Position numbers and translations under genes: made by a program | NCBI GenBank assembly: GCA_029856125.1 | Contig: JAHQWJ010000130.1 | Location: 1 to 17,479 of the forward strand | Length of the DNA: 17,479 nt | Origin: Promethearchaeia archaeon | GTDB taxonomy: Archaea > Asgardarchaeota > Lokiarchaeia > Sigyniarchaeales > SOKP01 | Direction: 5' to 3' | Shown: positions 16,040-17,479 of the stretch, in pieces | Layout of the letters: each line of letters begins with the position of its first letter | How positions within the stretch are numbered: the stretch's first letter is position 1 | Notes under the pieces: generated by a model | What the model was told of the DNA's origin: nothing | Database searches by the model: none | What the model saw: only the letters and a program-made list of their open reading frames with translations

Positions 16040-17443
16040 TTATTTCCGTGATCCGATAAATCTTTGAATGATCAATACAATGATAACAATAAAGGCAACT
16101 GGAGGAAATATTAGTAAGAATAATCGAAATACTAAGGATTCTGCTATATTTTCAGCGGTAACAAACAATAAACCATCGATAAATGTACTTATTAAGGAGA
16201 GGCAAGTGAAAATGAACAATATGTTATTGATCTTACTATCACTTATTTCTTGTAATCGTTCCTTTCCGCGATCATGTAGGTATTCAAAACTCTCTAATTT
16301 GTTAGTAAAAAATTCCTCCATTTGAGAACTCCTCCAACTGGTGTTTGATTCGTTATATATAAAATGGGCAAATGGAGCAAGGTTTTGCAAATAATTATTT
16401 TTATTCAAGGAATATAATTCCATTTCAATCCTTAATTTATTTATCCATTTTACTGCCTTTTTGACGCGCCTTTTTTGTAGTGCACTAAATGAAGCTAGCT
16501 GATTTAGGCGTTTATATAAGATATCATTAAAAATTTGAAGAGTTCGGTATTCTATTTCTAAGTATCTTAAGGTTTCTTTAGTATAATCAAACTCTGATTC
16601 ATTTAAATTGGCCCATAAGCTATTACCCCATCCAATATGAACAAATCCCTCAGTTCCTTTAGCAAAATTAATTCCTCCATCAGGATGGCTTACTTCTATA
16701 ATACCCTTCATAATTTCGTCAATATTTAGAGTCTCGTCCTCCAATATTTTATTCCGAACGAGGACAATATGCCCCCACAAAGGGATACCCGATTTTTGTT
16801 TATCAAATAGATCTTCGTAAGTCATAAGAGGAGATTCTAGTAACATTTCTTCCAAGATTTCATTATATGCATTGAGAACTTGTGAAGATATGGATTTAGT
16901 TGTTTTTAACAGGTCTTCAGTCCTAAGAATTTGATCTAACAAATCTGCCATTACCTTTCTAGGACTTATTGTCATAAATTCCTGTTTAAAAGAAATATCT
17001 ACTTTGCAATACACCATTCCAATTCCATACTCATGAAAACTCATTTCCTCCAATATAACAGTTGGAGCTGAACTAAAAACATCTCTCCCAATGATATCTA
17101 CTGGTAGTTCAATCTTTTCATTGATTTCAAAGGTTATAATACTTTTATCTCGCTTTGTTGCTCCGCTTCCTCCTGTTCCCTTAAATAGTAGTTCATCAAC
17201 TTCGGATTCTGTTTTTAATTTAACTATTTCATGCATCCATTCCCTTATATGTTTAAAAGGTTCATCTTCATTAGCAAACTTTTCAATAAGGACTTTATTG
17301 GGCCATGAAGTTTGTAATTTAGAACATAATATCTTTCTAAATTTATCATATCTACCTATGAGTGATGAATAGTCAATTACCATTTTCGAATTAAAAGGAG
17401 CAATAATGTAGAAGGAATATTTTGGTTTATTTGATTCAATCAT
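16040..17443 (-). CDS. Hypothetical membrane protein with CorA-like/RMD1-like architecture (large soluble domain, long helices, two C-terminal TM helices)
   Basis: A long amphipathic helix leads into DSKINNILFIFTCLSLISTFID (TM1), a short loop, TM2 and a basic tail (QRFIGSRK). No GMN motif. Confidence 0.7.
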   Translation of the reverse strand: MIESNKPKYSFYIIAPFNSKMVIDYSSLIGRYDKFRKILCSKLQTSWPNKVLIEKFANEDEPFKHIREWMHEIVKLKTESEVDELLFKGTGGSGATKRDKSIITFEINEKIELPVDIIGRDVFSSAPTVILEEMSFHEYGIGMVYCKVDISFKQEFMTISPRKVMADLLDQILRTEDLLKTTKSISSQVLNAYNEILEEMLLESPLMTYEDLFDKQKSGIPLWGHIVLVRNKILEDETLNIDEIMKGIIEVSHPDGGINFAKGTEGFVHIGWGNSLWANLNESEFDYTKETLRYLEIEYRTLQIFNDILYKRLNQLASFSALQKRRVKKAVKWINKLRIEMELYSLNKNNYLQNLAPFAHFIYNESNTSWRSSQMEEFFTNKLESFEYLHDRGKERLQEISDSKINNILFIFTCLSLISTFIDGLLFVTAENIAESLVFRLFLLIFPPVAFIVIIVLIIQRFIGSRK

Positions 17444-17479
17444 TTTATTTTTCTGTTTTTTAATTTAGGTATTATTATA

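Noticed and set aside
15632-16042. Pyrrolysine read-through explaining the short mttB
   Set aside because: The upstream in-frame stop is TAA, not TAG, and the sequence beyond it encodes an unrelated TM protein. The terminal TAG is immediately followed by TAA.
263-17372. Other short overlapping ORFs in the track (e.g. 263-445, 929-1144, 2748-2960, 7428-7691, 9085-9393, 10799-11056, 12455-12760, 16068-16325, 17091-17372)
   Set aside because: They lie antisense to, or in alternative frames of, well-supported genes and show no family motifs.

Overview
An AT-rich, gene-dense window whose content suggests an Asgard archaeon (Lokiarchaeia-like; inferred from an MglA-type small GTPase, an arrestin-fold protein, a PCI-like protein, a geranylgeranyl reductase, URO-D and MttB family genes, and oligo-T gene ends). 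Left part: a basic hypothetical protein, a stand-alone NifU/Nfu domain, then a candidate eukaryote-like signalling or trafficking trio (small PCI-like winged-helix protein, MglA-family GTPase with no adjacent roadblock/MglB gene, and a convergent arrestin/Vps26-fold protein). Middle: HAD hydrolase, tandem GNAT, a processive GT2 membrane glycosyltransferase, and a geranylgeranyl reductase that appears to start at a non-canonical ATT codon. Right: a carbohydrate-utilisation-like cluster (MelB-type MFS transporter divergent from a Cys-type sulfatase and a divergent GH94-like enzyme), a URO-D/MtaA-family protein, a 5'-truncated mttB remnant in frame directly behind the stop of a CorA-like two-TM protein. 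No rRNA, tRNA, CRISPR array or transposase was recognised. All family calls come from motif recognition by eye, not database searches.
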